Origin: a virus
Taxonomy: Duplodnaviria; Caudoviricetes
Direction: 5' to 3' (one strand)
Length of the DNA stretch: 60,679 nt
IMG/VR virus record: IMGVR_UViG_3300044724_003533
Span: 1-60,679 of that record
Below are positions 45,695 through 54,747 of this stretch, piece by piece. Each line of letters opens with the position of its first letter. Positions within the stretch are counted from its first letter, which is position 1. The position numbers were made by a program, and so were the translations under genes. The notes beneath the pieces were generated by a model. That model was given only the letters and a program-made list of their open reading frames with translations. It had not been told where the DNA came from and searched no databases.

Positions 45695-48158
45695 ATGAAA
45701 TACCTTTATCAACAACTAGATGAGTTGTTAAACACTATTAAGTACTCAGACGACGACAGTTTAGATGATCTATATGATGATTTATACTTCGAAGACATTT
45801 TAGAAACATGTAAAGAAATTGTAGAATATATAAAAGAATAAATTATGCCAAATATGAGTTATTGCCGCTTCGAAAATACGGCAAAAGACATGAGAGACTG
45901 CATCAACGCTATCGAAGATCGTGATGTATATAGCTTTAGCGACTACGAACTACGTGGTTTTAAAGACGTACTTGAATATGCGCAAGAAATTGTTAGCATG
46001 GAACCTGAAATTGAAAAAATAATTGAATACTATGAAGATTAAAGAATTTTTAGACAGCAAAAACAAAATGCTCGATCGAGGTATTGTAGCAACACCTGGA
46101 AACAGAGAGCGGTTAGAGTTGTTTGCTAATGCGAACAATGGAAGCAACGACTTTTTACTAATGCAAATGGCTATTAACTTCGGTTATAAACTAGCCTTAG
46201 AAGATGCAGAGGAGGAGTTGTTATGAAGATTAAAGTAAAAAACATGACAAGCAATAGATCAGGAAGACCTGTTGCTAACCAATTTATTATCTACACAAGC
46301 GAAGGTAAATACTTTCAAAGTTATGATAGCGTTATTGCTTTTAAAGATAATGAAGGCAATGTGACATTAGATGACTATACTTGGGACTACTCGCGTACTA
46401 CAGGTAAATATCGTAATGAATTTTTAGGTGAAGGTATTGTAGATACTAGATCTAAAATAGAATCAGGCAAGTATAAACTAGAAAATTTAAATAAATTATG
46501 AGTCAATATAACGGATGGAGCAACTATGCTACTTGGCGCATAAACTTAGAAATACTCGGAGATATTCAGTTCGATGAGTATGTTTCTGCAGATTATTTAC
46601 AAGAAATAGTATATGATTGCGTTTTTGACAATAAAGACGTAGATGGTTTAGCTAAAGATTATGCTGCTGCTTTTCTTAGGGACGTAAACTATTTTGAGAT
46701 CGCTTGCCACATCAACGAAAAAATAGACATACAAACTAAATACGAACACTAACAGATAATATAATAAAATTAACAATTATGCCAAAACGACTAAATTTAT
46801 GGAAAAGGCTAAAGCCTGAGTACAAACAAGCTATTGAAGAAGAAAACAAAGATTATCCTTATAAAGTAGAGGAAATCAAAGAAGAATTAACATCTAAAGA
46901 TTTTTTTACAGAAGTAAGATATGGCATAGCTTTTCACGTAATGTCACCTAACAAGCTGAACTTTTTTGGTGATGCTTTTAATTCTAGTAAATATGAATAA
47001 AGATATAAAAGAACGAGCACATAACAAAGCATTTAGCAAAATGTTAACACTTGAGCGTGACATTAGTAAGTTAAAGCTAGACATTAGAGCTGGCGGCGAT
47101 GGTCGTATAGGTGTTGATATGCTACAAACATGCTTATCATCAACAGAAAAAGAATTACAAACCTGGCAGTATATTGCCAAATTAATAGAAACAAATGAGT
47201 AAAATAATTACAGAAAAATTAATCGAAGAAAAACTAAAAGAAAAAGGTCTATCAATGTATGAAGGCGACGACAATGCTCTTGAAAAATTGCAAAACTATT
47301 ATGAGTTTGAGTTGACTGACAGTTATAACGGAACTCCAGACTATTCTATATATGCAGAAACTACGGCTGATGGCTATGAAGTATTTATTGCTACAAGTGG
47401 TGATGGTAGAAATATATGTATCAATGAAGATGTATATTACTACGATAGTGATCTAGCTCAAGCTTTATATGACGCTATATTTGATTACAATGAGCTAATA
47501 TACGTAGACGATCTTGGCGCTTATTATGTGCAAGATGCTATTGAACAAGCATGGGAGTCGTTTATTTCAGATATGATAGATGAAGTTGAAAATGAATTAA
47601 TAGAACAAGGATATGTCACAGAAAACGAAACAGAAGTTGCCTAAATGGTTTAACGGTGCGTTGTATTCACAAGGTGAAACAGTAGCAAACCAGTTTACTG
47701 GCGAAGAAATAGAACTTACTAATGTAGAGCTTAGTCTTTATGACTTTATAATGGGTTGTAATGTGGTTTTTGCTAAAGCACCTAACAGAGTTAACGATGA
47801 TATGATTAAAGATTTTGATCGAGCTTTGACTTGGTTTAGAGTTAATAACCCACAAGCCTATATGGTATTACTAGATTAAATGACAGAAAAAGAAATAGAA
47901 AAACTAGCAGAATTAATTACAGATAAATTAATAGCTAAACAAAAAGAGTATGATGAACAGTTTCACATTGACTTACAAGAAACAATGATGAAAGACGGAG
48001 GGTACATACGCCAACTATCTACAGAAGAATTATTACTTGCTGAGATCGGTAGGCTTATGACCCTATTGTCATCATATGAAGACAAAGAGCAGTACGAAAA
48101 AGCTGCTATTATTAAAAATAAAATAGATAAATTAAAAACTAAACTAGAAAATTTATGA
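45695..48158 (+). other. Run of about ten small early hypothetical genes (45845, about 46031, 46223, 46498, 46779, about 46993, 47195, 47613, 47880 and others)
   Basis: Coupled plus-strand ORFs; include MSYCRFENT, FQSY.S.IA..YSRTT.KY and YNGWSNYATW motifs common in phage early proteins of unknown function. Confidence 0.65.
46729..46760 (+). promoter_or_regulatory. Class I promoter-like motif (degenerate)
   Basis: ATACAAACTAAATACGAACACTAACAGATAAT; same spacing as the other copies. Confidence 0.55.
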
Positions 48159-48626
48159 TAAAATAGTTGAACCTTTACGTATATTATCAATAGCAAACAT
48201 TGGCTTGCAGTTAGTGTAATGACAAAGATCTATTAATTCTTGTTCGTTTTTAGCTGAAGACAATGGTATATGATGATCTACGTGAATATTGTAAAAATTC
48301 ATACCTTCTGTAAATTGAGATTCTATATAACTTTTAAACTCAGCGTAAGAACAACCTAATATTTCTTCTGTACTTTGCTTTTTTGTTTTATAAGTTTTAT
48401 TTCTATCTCTTACTAAGGCATTATAAAGTCTAGATCTTAAGTTACGCTTAAGTTTATATAAAGGATCATTAGCACGCTTTTGCTTATCCCAATTACGTCT
48501 ATATTCTAAACGTTCTTCGTGATTAGCTTTAGCCCAAGATTTCATCTTAGCTTTTAATCTTTTTTTATTTTTTAAGTAATACTTTTTTTCGTATTCTTTT
48601 TTACGGAGTTTTTGTTGTTCTGTCAT
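48153..48626 (-). CDS. HNH-type (endonuclease VII-like) putative homing endonuclease
   Basis: Basic N-terminal repeats and HVDHHIPL...HYTNCKPM...N..KG; likely start MTEQQ at 48626; antisense to its neighbours. Confidence 0.75.
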   Translation of the reverse strand: MTEQQKLRKKEYEKKYYLKNKKRLKAKMKSWAKANHEERLEYRRNWDKQKRANDPLYKLKRNLRSRLYNALVRDRNKTYKTKKQSTEEILGCSYAEFKSYIESQFTEGMNFYNIHVDHHIPLSSAKNEQELIDLCHYTNCKPMFAIDNIRKGSTILS

Positions 48627-48632
48627 AATAAT

Positions 48633-48661
48633 ATTATTACATAAAAACACCAATGTTTACA
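48633..48661 (-). promoter_or_regulatory. Class II promoter-like motif
   Basis: TGTAA-N15-TGTAATAAT, ending 7 nt before the HNH ATG. Confidence 0.6.
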
Positions 48662-48665
48662 ACAA

Positions 48666-48697
48666 TTACAAATAAAATACAAACTATTTTGGATAAT
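48666..48697 (+). promoter_or_regulatory. Class I promoter-like motif
   Basis: TTACAAATAAAATACAAACTATTTTGGATAAT upstream of the ligase. Confidence 0.7.
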
Positions 48698-48716
48698 AAA
48701 ATAAAATAAAACAAAT

Positions 48717-49544
48717 ATGATAAAACCCATGTTAGCTTACAAAGTAGACAAAAAACCTGTCGACTGGTCCGAGAAAGTATTTGTGCAACCTAAACTTGAC
48801 GGTGTTCGTTGTATATTTACTAAAGACGGTGCGTTTTCACGTACTGGCAAACAATTTAAAAACGTTGCTCATCTTGAGTATGATTTAACAGACTTTTTCA
48901 GAAAAAATCCAAACACTGTACTAGACGGTGAGTTGTATAATCATGCTCTAAAGCACGATTTTGAAAAAATCATATCATTGGTCAGAAAAACTAAACCGAC
49001 TGAAGACGATCGCCGAGACGCACAACATTTGGTACAATACCACGTATATGATGTAATAGCTGAAAGCTTTACATATGAAGAAAGATTTAACTGGTTAAGA
49101 AATAACTTACCAGTCGCTATAACTATGACTTTGATTGCAAATACAACAGTTAATAGTTATGATGAGGCTAAAATGCTCCACGATGTACACTTAGCTCAAG
49201 GCTATGAAGGCTCTATGCTGCGCACAAATGGCTTTTATGAGCAGAAACGATCTTATAATCTACAAAAGCTTAAAGACTTCAGCGATGATGAAGCTACTAT
49301 TATAGGTTATGAGGCGGGCAAAGGTAAACGCACAGGCACGCTTGGCAAGTTTTATATGCAAGATGACGAAGGAAACCAGTTTGGTTGCCCACCAGGCAAA
49401 GGTTATTCCTACAAGGATTTGGCATTTATGCTTGAAAATATACACGACTATATTGGTCAACGTGCCACGTTTACTTATTTTCAACGAACACAAGCAGGTT
49501 CTTATAGACATCCGTTATTTAAAACACTTAGAAATTATGAATAG
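48717..49544 (+). CDS. lig: ATP-dependent DNA ligase
   Basis: KPMLA, QPKLDGVR (motif I), LDGELY, YHVYD, EGSMLR, KLK, OB fold ending RHP.F. Confidence 0.93.
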   Translation: MIKPMLAYKVDKKPVDWSEKVFVQPKLDGVRCIFTKDGAFSRTGKQFKNVAHLEYDLTDFFRKNPNTVLDGELYNHALKHDFEKIISLVRKTKPTEDDRRDAQHLVQYHVYDVIAESFTYEERFNWLRNNLPVAITMTLIANTTVNSYDEAKMLHDVHLAQGYEGSMLRTNGFYEQKRSYNLQKLKDFSDDEATIIGYEAGKGKRTGTLGKFYMQDDEGNQFGCPPGKGYSYKDLAFMLENIHDYIGQRATFTYFQRTQAGSYRHPLFKTLRNYE

Positions 49545-49731
49545 AGATAAACACATATGGGAAGGTTGGACAGTCGGCGACTTTATTGATGATGTAGAGT
49601 TTGCTTTTGATAGATGCGCTCCATTTCACGACAAACAAAGCCTTAAGCGTTGGGTTGCACAAGAGCAACCTTATTACAAAAAGCATATACCAGAAGTGTA
49701 TAACTATTTCTTACAAAAATCAGGATTATGA
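49537..49731 (+). CDS. Hypothetical protein
   Basis: MNRDKHIWEGWTVGDFI...QPYYKKHIPEV; the real start is internal to track ORF 49309..49731. Confidence 0.6.
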   Translation: MNRDKHIWEGWTVGDFIDDVEFAFDRCAPFHDKQSLKRWVAQEQPYYKKHIPEVYNYFLQKSGL

Positions 49732-49874
49732 ACAACTGGGAGAAGGACGTTTGGAAAACAATACAAAACAAGTTAAAACAAGAACAAAAACATGAGCAAG
49801 CTTATTTGGAAGCTATATCATCAAAATATGATAAGCGAAGAAGTAGTAGGAATATTATTAGATAAACTATACGA

Positions 49875-50369
49875 ATGAACATATTTTACCTACATAGAGA
49901 CCCATACAAAGCTGCAACATACTTTTATGACAAACATAAAGTTAAGATGATCTTAGAATCAGCGCAAATGCTTTGTACAGCTCATCACGTATACGGTAAT
50001 GGCGATAATGTACCTTATAAAAAAGCACATTTAAACCATCCGTCTACGATCTGGGCTAGAACTAGTAAGTCAAATTACTATTGGCTATATGAGCACATGC
50101 TAGGTATCGGCAAAGTATATACTAACCGATATGGTAAGTATCATCTTAGTATTGAAAAATGCAGAGATGCTTTAGCGTTTGCTCCTGTAGGTATGCCTGA
50201 TGTTGGTTTTACAGAACCTCCACAGTGTATGCCAGATGAATATAAAGTTGATGGCGACAGCATATCAGCTTATTGGAATTATTATGAACAAGATAAATTT
50301 AAAGTAGCAAATAAAAATGAGCAAAAAATTATACGACCATCTTATAAAGACAAACTACAATGGACTTAG
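49875..50369 (+). CDS. Pyrimidine-dimer DNA glycosylase (endonuclease V-like family)
   Basis: MNIFYL, KMILESAQMLCTAH, HLNHP..IW and PPQCMPDEYK. Confidence 0.75.
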   Translation: MNIFYLHRDPYKAATYFYDKHKVKMILESAQMLCTAHHVYGNGDNVPYKKAHLNHPSTIWARTSKSNYYWLYEHMLGIGKVYTNRYGKYHLSIEKCRDALAFAPVGMPDVGFTEPPQCMPDEYKVDGDSISAYWNYYEQDKFKVANKNEQKIIRPSYKDKLQWT

Positions 50370-50479
50370 AGATAAAATTAAACAGCAATCGAAAACTAGA
50401 AAACCTAAAAAACCAAATTCATAATAATGAATTTTTAAACAACCATATAATTATATGTACTTTACAACCTTAAGGGACT

Positions 50480-50524
50480 GTGACAACAGCCCCTAATAAT
50501 AAATAAGTAATAGGCTAATGTCAC
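50480..50524. repeat. 45-bp inverted-repeat site, copy 3 (overlaps the ATG of the HTH gene)
   Basis: GTGACAACAGCC-N21-GGCTAATGTCAC; the ATG at 50518 lies in the right arm. Confidence 0.85.
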
Positions 50525-51138
50525 AAAACAGAAACATAAAATGGTTAATAGATAAGCATGTTATATATAGGAAAGACCCTGTTAACGATGTGCCAACTAT
50601 AGAAACCGAGCATTATAAATACTATGAAGATGGTACGCACGAATGTTATCACTTGTTTAACAGCAAGGCTAAGATCACTACGTACAAATCTTTAAAGTGG
50701 CATTTTTATGTTTTGTATTTTCTTAATCAAGACAGACCTGAAGGTTTGTTACCAACTAGTATTTATGAGTTTATAGCTGATAAAGAAAATGGCTTTGTAA
50801 CATTTTTTATTAGTGATAAGAGGCTACAGTCAATGATAGATGATGTGTTTGAAAACGGCGGTCAACCACCAAAGAATAAAAAACGCAAAGTTATATTTAA
50901 AGACTTTAGCGGACTAACACCTGAGCAAAAAATGAGTATTGTAGGTACATTAATCGGTAGATCTAAGCGTGTAGACGATGAAGCAATTTATCAATGCATG
51001 CTTGATCTAAACGATTTTGGCAAGAAAATAACTATTAGCCGAATAGCTGGATTACTTAATTGTTCGGCTAGAACAATACATAGAAATATGCATGAAGATC
51101 TTAAGAAAGAAAAAGATTATTTAAATCAACAATTATGA
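50518..51138 (+). CDS. DNA-binding protein with a C-terminal helix-turn-helix
   Basis: ITISRIAGLLNCSARTIHRNM HTH preceded by a basic linker. Confidence 0.7.
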   Translation: MSQNRNIKWLIDKHVIYRKDPVNDVPTIETEHYKYYEDGTHECYHLFNSKAKITTYKSLKWHFYVLYFLNQDRPEGLLPTSIYEFIADKENGFVTFFISDKRLQSMIDDVFENGGQPPKNKKRKVIFKDFSGLTPEQKMSIVGTLIGRSKRVDDEAIYQCMLDLNDFGKKITISRIAGLLNCSARTIHRNMHEDLKKEKDYLNQQL

Positions 51139-51231
51139 GTAAAGAATTTAACGAATGGATGGCGAGTATAGGTAACATATATTACGCTAATAACGAACTA
51201 ATGTCACAGGCATTTGAAAAACTAGAAAGCA

Positions 51232-51987
51232 ATGAAGAAGTATAATGTACAAAACTATATCAGATACAAAGAGGACTTAAAAAAGTCTATGCCATCTGAA
51301 AAGTTTTATGATTATTACAGCCGAGACGAGCTTATAATTAAGTTTTTACCGTTGGTAGAAAATTTAGCACGTAAGTTCTCAACAACACAACAAGCTTCAG
51401 GCGTGTTAAGTATAAACGACTTGATACAAATAGGATCTGAGGCTTTAATAAAAGCCGTAGACAAACTAGACTGGGAAAAATTAATTGACTCAGAAGACAT
51501 AGAAAAAACGTTAAAGTCGTTCTTTGCAAAACGAATTAAAGGGCACATTAGACGACGTGTAGACATGGCTAGAGGCGGTATACGCATACCAGAGCATAGG
51601 CTTAATGAAATACGTAAAAACCCAAAAGACAAAAAAATGGTTGCTATGTTTTTCAATAGCGTGTTTCTAAGTATTGATGCACAAGTAACCAATGACGATG
51701 AAGAAAATATGATGCATCAAATAGCTGATAAATCAGAGCCATATAACATACAGATACTTAATGTTTATTTAAAAGGTTTAATGAAAAAACATTTAACGCC
51801 TATTGAATACGAAGTGTTAAGATTATCTTACGGTCTAGACTGTGAAAAGCATTCAGCTAATTATATAGCAGGCAAATTAGCTATAAGAGGCACGAGCGCT
51901 CACGTTCGTGTTTCAGAGCTAAAAAAGCAAGCTGTGCAAAAATTAATAGACAACGTCGACCACTCGCAAGTGCTTGATTTTGTGTAA
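51232..51987 (+). CDS. RNA polymerase sigma-70 family factor
   Basis: RDELI...LPLVENLARKF, DLIQIG..ALIKAVDK, IRIP, and region 4 LTPIEYEVLRLSYGL..IA.KL...VSELKKQAVQKL. Confidence 0.88.
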   Translation: MKKYNVQNYIRYKEDLKKSMPSEKFYDYYSRDELIIKFLPLVENLARKFSTTQQASGVLSINDLIQIGSEALIKAVDKLDWEKLIDSEDIEKTLKSFFAKRIKGHIRRRVDMARGGIRIPEHRLNEIRKNPKDKKMVAMFFNSVFLSIDAQVTNDDEENMMHQIADKSEPYNIQILNVYLKGLMKKHLTPIEYEVLRLSYGLDCEKHSANYIAGKLAIRGTSAHVRVSELKKQAVQKLIDNVDHSQVLDFV

Positions 51988-51995
51988 GTTAGATA

Positions 51996-52024
51996 TGTAA
52001 AACAATAAAATTATGTGTAATTAT
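51996..52024 (+). promoter_or_regulatory. Class II promoter-like motif
   Basis: TGTAA-N15-TGTAATTAT, immediately after the sigma gene. Confidence 0.6.
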
Positions 52025-52050
52025 ATTAATATACCAAAACAACAAACCAT

Positions 52051-52599
52051 ATGACCATAAACGAAAAACTGGCTACTGTCCAGACAAAGTTTAAATCGAA
52101 AAAAAGTAGGTTTAACTCATTCGGCAAATATTACTTCAGATCAGCCGAAGACATTCTCGAAGCAACAAAACCCTTTCTATTAGAGTTAGGAGTATCAGTA
52201 ACAATTGATGAGCAACTAGTTGAAGCTCACGGTCTACCTATTATTGCATCTACTGCAACAATAAGTGACGGTAAAGATTCAATAAGTGCTTCAGCTCTTG
52301 TAGGGGTTGATCTAAACCAAAAAGGTATGCAAGTACCTCAACAGTTTGGATCTGCGTCGAGTTATGGAAAGAAGTATGCGTTAGGTAATTTATTCCTAAT
52401 AGACGACACGCAAGACTCAGATGCGGCAAACACTCATGGCAAAGCGCCAAAAGCTAAAACTAAAAGTACCATAACCTCAAAAAAAGATCCAGCATATGAA
52501 AAAGCGGTTCAATACATAATAGCAGGTGGTAAATTAGAGGCTATCAAAAAGAAATACAATCTTTCTGCAGAAGTAGAAGGAATGTTAAATACTCTATAA
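52051..52599 (+). CDS. ERF-family single-strand annealing protein
   Basis: NSFGKYYFRSAEDIL, QQFGSASSYGKKYAL and DDTQDSD. Confidence 0.88.
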   Translation: MTINEKLATVQTKFKSKKSRFNSFGKYYFRSAEDILEATKPFLLELGVSVTIDEQLVEAHGLPIIASTATISDGKDSISASALVGVDLNQKGMQVPQQFGSASSYGKKYALGNLFLIDDTQDSDAANTHGKAPKAKTKSTITSKKDPAYEKAVQYIIAGGKLEAIKKKYNLSAEVEGMLNTL

Positions 52600-53324
52600 T
52601 GAAAGACGTATTAAAAAAGTTAGAAAACGATGAACATTATTATGGTGAATTTGGAAAACAATACCTTAGTAATTCTGATATTTCTACATTACTTACAAAC
52701 CCTTTAGCTTTAGGAAAGCAGCAAGAAACTCGACCTGCTTTTTTAGTTGGTGGTTATTTCCACACAGCTATATTGGAACCTGATAAACTTAAAAAATATA
52801 AGATTATTGATTCTAGTACAAGAAACACTAAAGCATATAAGGAGATGTCTGATGGCGAGTTATGTCTACTACAACACGAAGTTGATCAAATCGAGTTAAT
52901 GACTGAAAAAGTATTAGCAAACGACGTTTGCAAAGATTTGATACGTGGTATAAATGTAGACTATGAAAAGCCAGGTATTACAGAGCTTGAAGGTTTAAAC
53001 TGGAAAGGTAAAGCTGATATTGTTAATCACGACGAAAAGCTTATTATTGATTTAAAGACTACTGCGGATCTTAATAAGTTTAAATGGTCAGCTTCTAAGT
53101 ACAACTACGACAGTCAAGCTTATATTTACAGTAAGTTATTTGGCTATGAATTTGTGTTTATAGTTATTGACAAAACAACTCATCAACTAGGCATATTTGA
53201 CTGCTCGCCTGAGTTTTATGAGCGCGGTAAAGACAAAGTGCAAAGAGCAGCAGAACAGTATAAATTATTTTATCAATCAGAGGACTTTGATCCTCAACAA
53301 TTTTTTATTAACCAGACGTTATAA
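52599..53324 (+). CDS. PD-(D/E)xK exonuclease (RecE/DUF3799-like)
   Basis: LSNS, G..FH.AILEP, KGKAD, IIDLKTT and Y..QAY.Y. Confidence 0.82.
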   Translation: MKDVLKKLENDEHYYGEFGKQYLSNSDISTLLTNPLALGKQQETRPAFLVGGYFHTAILEPDKLKKYKIIDSSTRNTKAYKEMSDGELCLLQHEVDQIELMTEKVLANDVCKDLIRGINVDYEKPGITELEGLNWKGKADIVNHDEKLIIDLKTTADLNKFKWSASKYNYDSQAYIYSKLFGYEFVFIVIDKTTHQLGIFDCSPEFYERGKDKVQRAAEQYKLFYQSEDFDPQQFFINQTL

Positions 53325-53377
53325 ACTTTTTATCCGCCTGATTATTAATAAGTTATAAAATAAATGTTTACAATTAA

Positions 53378-53406
53378 TGTAAGTTTCAGTGTAAACGTGT
53401 AATAAT
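53378..53406 (+). promoter_or_regulatory. Class II promoter-like motif
   Basis: TGTAA-N15-TGTAATAAT. Confidence 0.6.
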
Positions 53407-53420
53407 ATAAATATAACCAA

Positions 53421-53852
53421 ATGGAAATAGATATGAACATAACAAGTTGGTCTGACGAAGAACTAGAATTGTTGTGTAAGCCTGAAAATCATAAGATTAC
53501 TTTTGATGGTTTTGAGTTTTGGTGGTATCATAAAATACACGGAAACAAATGGGATTTGCACAGTATTAAGGGTTTTGAAGACTGGAAAAAACCATACAGC
53601 TACTTACAAACTTGGCTGTATAAGTGGTCAAAAGAATTAACTGAACGTAGAGTCAAGGCAGCTTCATCTTATTTTTATGAAATGAAAAAGAATCTTGAGG
53701 CTACAAAAAAAGTTATGGATATTAGTAATAATCCAAAACTTAAAACAAAAGTTAAAATTAAAATGATCCAAGAACTTTTACCAAATGAATCAATAACTTA
53801 TATAGCTAAAGTGCTTAATTTAAGTAGACAAGCTATTCATAGACATTTATAA
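53421..53852 (+). CDS. HTH DNA-binding protein
   Basis: C-terminal SITYIAKVLNLSRQAIHRHL. Confidence 0.7.
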   Translation: MEIDMNITSWSDEELELLCKPENHKITFDGFEFWWYHKIHGNKWDLHSIKGFEDWKKPYSYLQTWLYKWSKELTERRVKAASSYFYEMKKNLEATKKVMDISNNPKLKTKVKIKMIQELLPNESITYIAKVLNLSRQAIHRHL

Positions 53853-53854
53853 TT

Positions 53855-54130
53855 ATGACAGAAGAATATAAAGAGTATAGAAAGAAATATGAAAAAGCTT
53901 ATAGAGAAGCTAGACAGACTGGTGGTTATTTTGTTTATTACATACCAAGTATTCATTATTGCGGAATATCTAAAGACTTATACGCAAGAGAAAGTTGGCA
54001 TAGAAATAAAAAGAAAATAAACACTGACGGTCTTAGAGTTTTATATCACTCTATGGATAAATCTGAAGCTGCTCATCATGAAGCAATGTTTCAATCTGTA
54101 TTAGGAATAAAAGGACTTAACGTCAAATAA
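53855..54130 (+). CDS. Minimal GIY-YIG-like nuclease
   Basis: VYY.....YCGIS....R...H...E pattern. Confidence 0.55.
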   Translation: MTEEYKEYRKKYEKAYREARQTGGYFVYYIPSIHYCGISKDLYARESWHRNKKKINTDGLRVLYHSMDKSEAAHHEAMFQSVLGIKGLNVK

Positions 54131-54150
54131 TTTAATCAAACATTATAACA

Positions 54151-54336
54151 ATGGCAAGAAGAAAAACCGTAACACCAAGAACCAAAGTATGTACAGTAAC
54201 AGGATTAGAAACTAGTTTAGATAATTTCTACAAAAACCAAAACCATGTTAAAGCTGTAGATAACTTAAGAAGAAATAGTAGCGCTACAAAGTCGCAATTA
54301 CAAAGGATGTTTAACCAATTAAATGCATACGTATAA
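54151..54336 (+). CDS. Hypothetical protein
   Basis: 61-aa ORF coupled to the SSB gene. Confidence 0.55.
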   Translation: MARRKTVTPRTKVCTVTGLETSLDNFYKNQNHVKAVDNLRRNSSATKSQLQRMFNQLNAYV

Positions 54337-54644
54337 TGGCAAGTATTATTAAAGCAAGTATAAACCTTAATAACATTGATAAGTCTAAAATCATTGATGG
54401 TAAAAAAGGTAAATACTTACCTATAACAATTACGCTTAATGATGAACCAGATCAGTTTGGTAATCAAGGCCCTATTGTTGTAGCTCAATCAAAAGAAGAA
54501 CGTGAGTCTAAAGCAGCTAAAACTTATTTAGGCAATGTTCAAGTAGTATGGACTAACGGTGATAATGTAGCCGCAGCTCCAAGACAAGACCAGCCTCAGC
54601 AGGCAGCACCAGTTGCTCAGCCATTTGATGATTTACCGTTTTAA
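54336..54644 (+). CDS. Putative single-stranded DNA-binding protein
   Basis: Bacteroidota-phage-type short protein with an acidic DDLPF tail, in the replication module. Confidence 0.65.
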   Translation: MASIIKASINLNNIDKSKIIDGKKGKYLPITITLNDEPDQFGNQGPIVVAQSKEERESKAAKTYLGNVQVVWTNGDNVAAAPRQDQPQQAAPVAQPFDDLPF

Positions 54645-54730
54645 TGCAGTGTGAAATGTGTGGGCAAGACGTATCGCAGGAGGAATATGACTTCTGCGAT
54701 ATATGCCCCGACTGTAGAGACGGAGATTAA
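54644..54730 (+). CDS. 28-aa Cys-rich microprotein
   Basis: MQCEMCGQDVSQEEYDFCDICPDCRDGD; TAATG-coupled to the SSB stop. Confidence 0.6.
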   Translation: MQCEMCGQDVSQEEYDFCDICPDCRDGD

Positions 54731-54747
54731 CAATTAAATTAAATTAA

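Noticed and set aside
41615-48697. Repeated 32-bp motif as a CRISPR or mini-array
   Set aside because: Copies are dispersed at irregular distances, have a variable core and sit before gene starts, which fits promoters; no cas genes are present.
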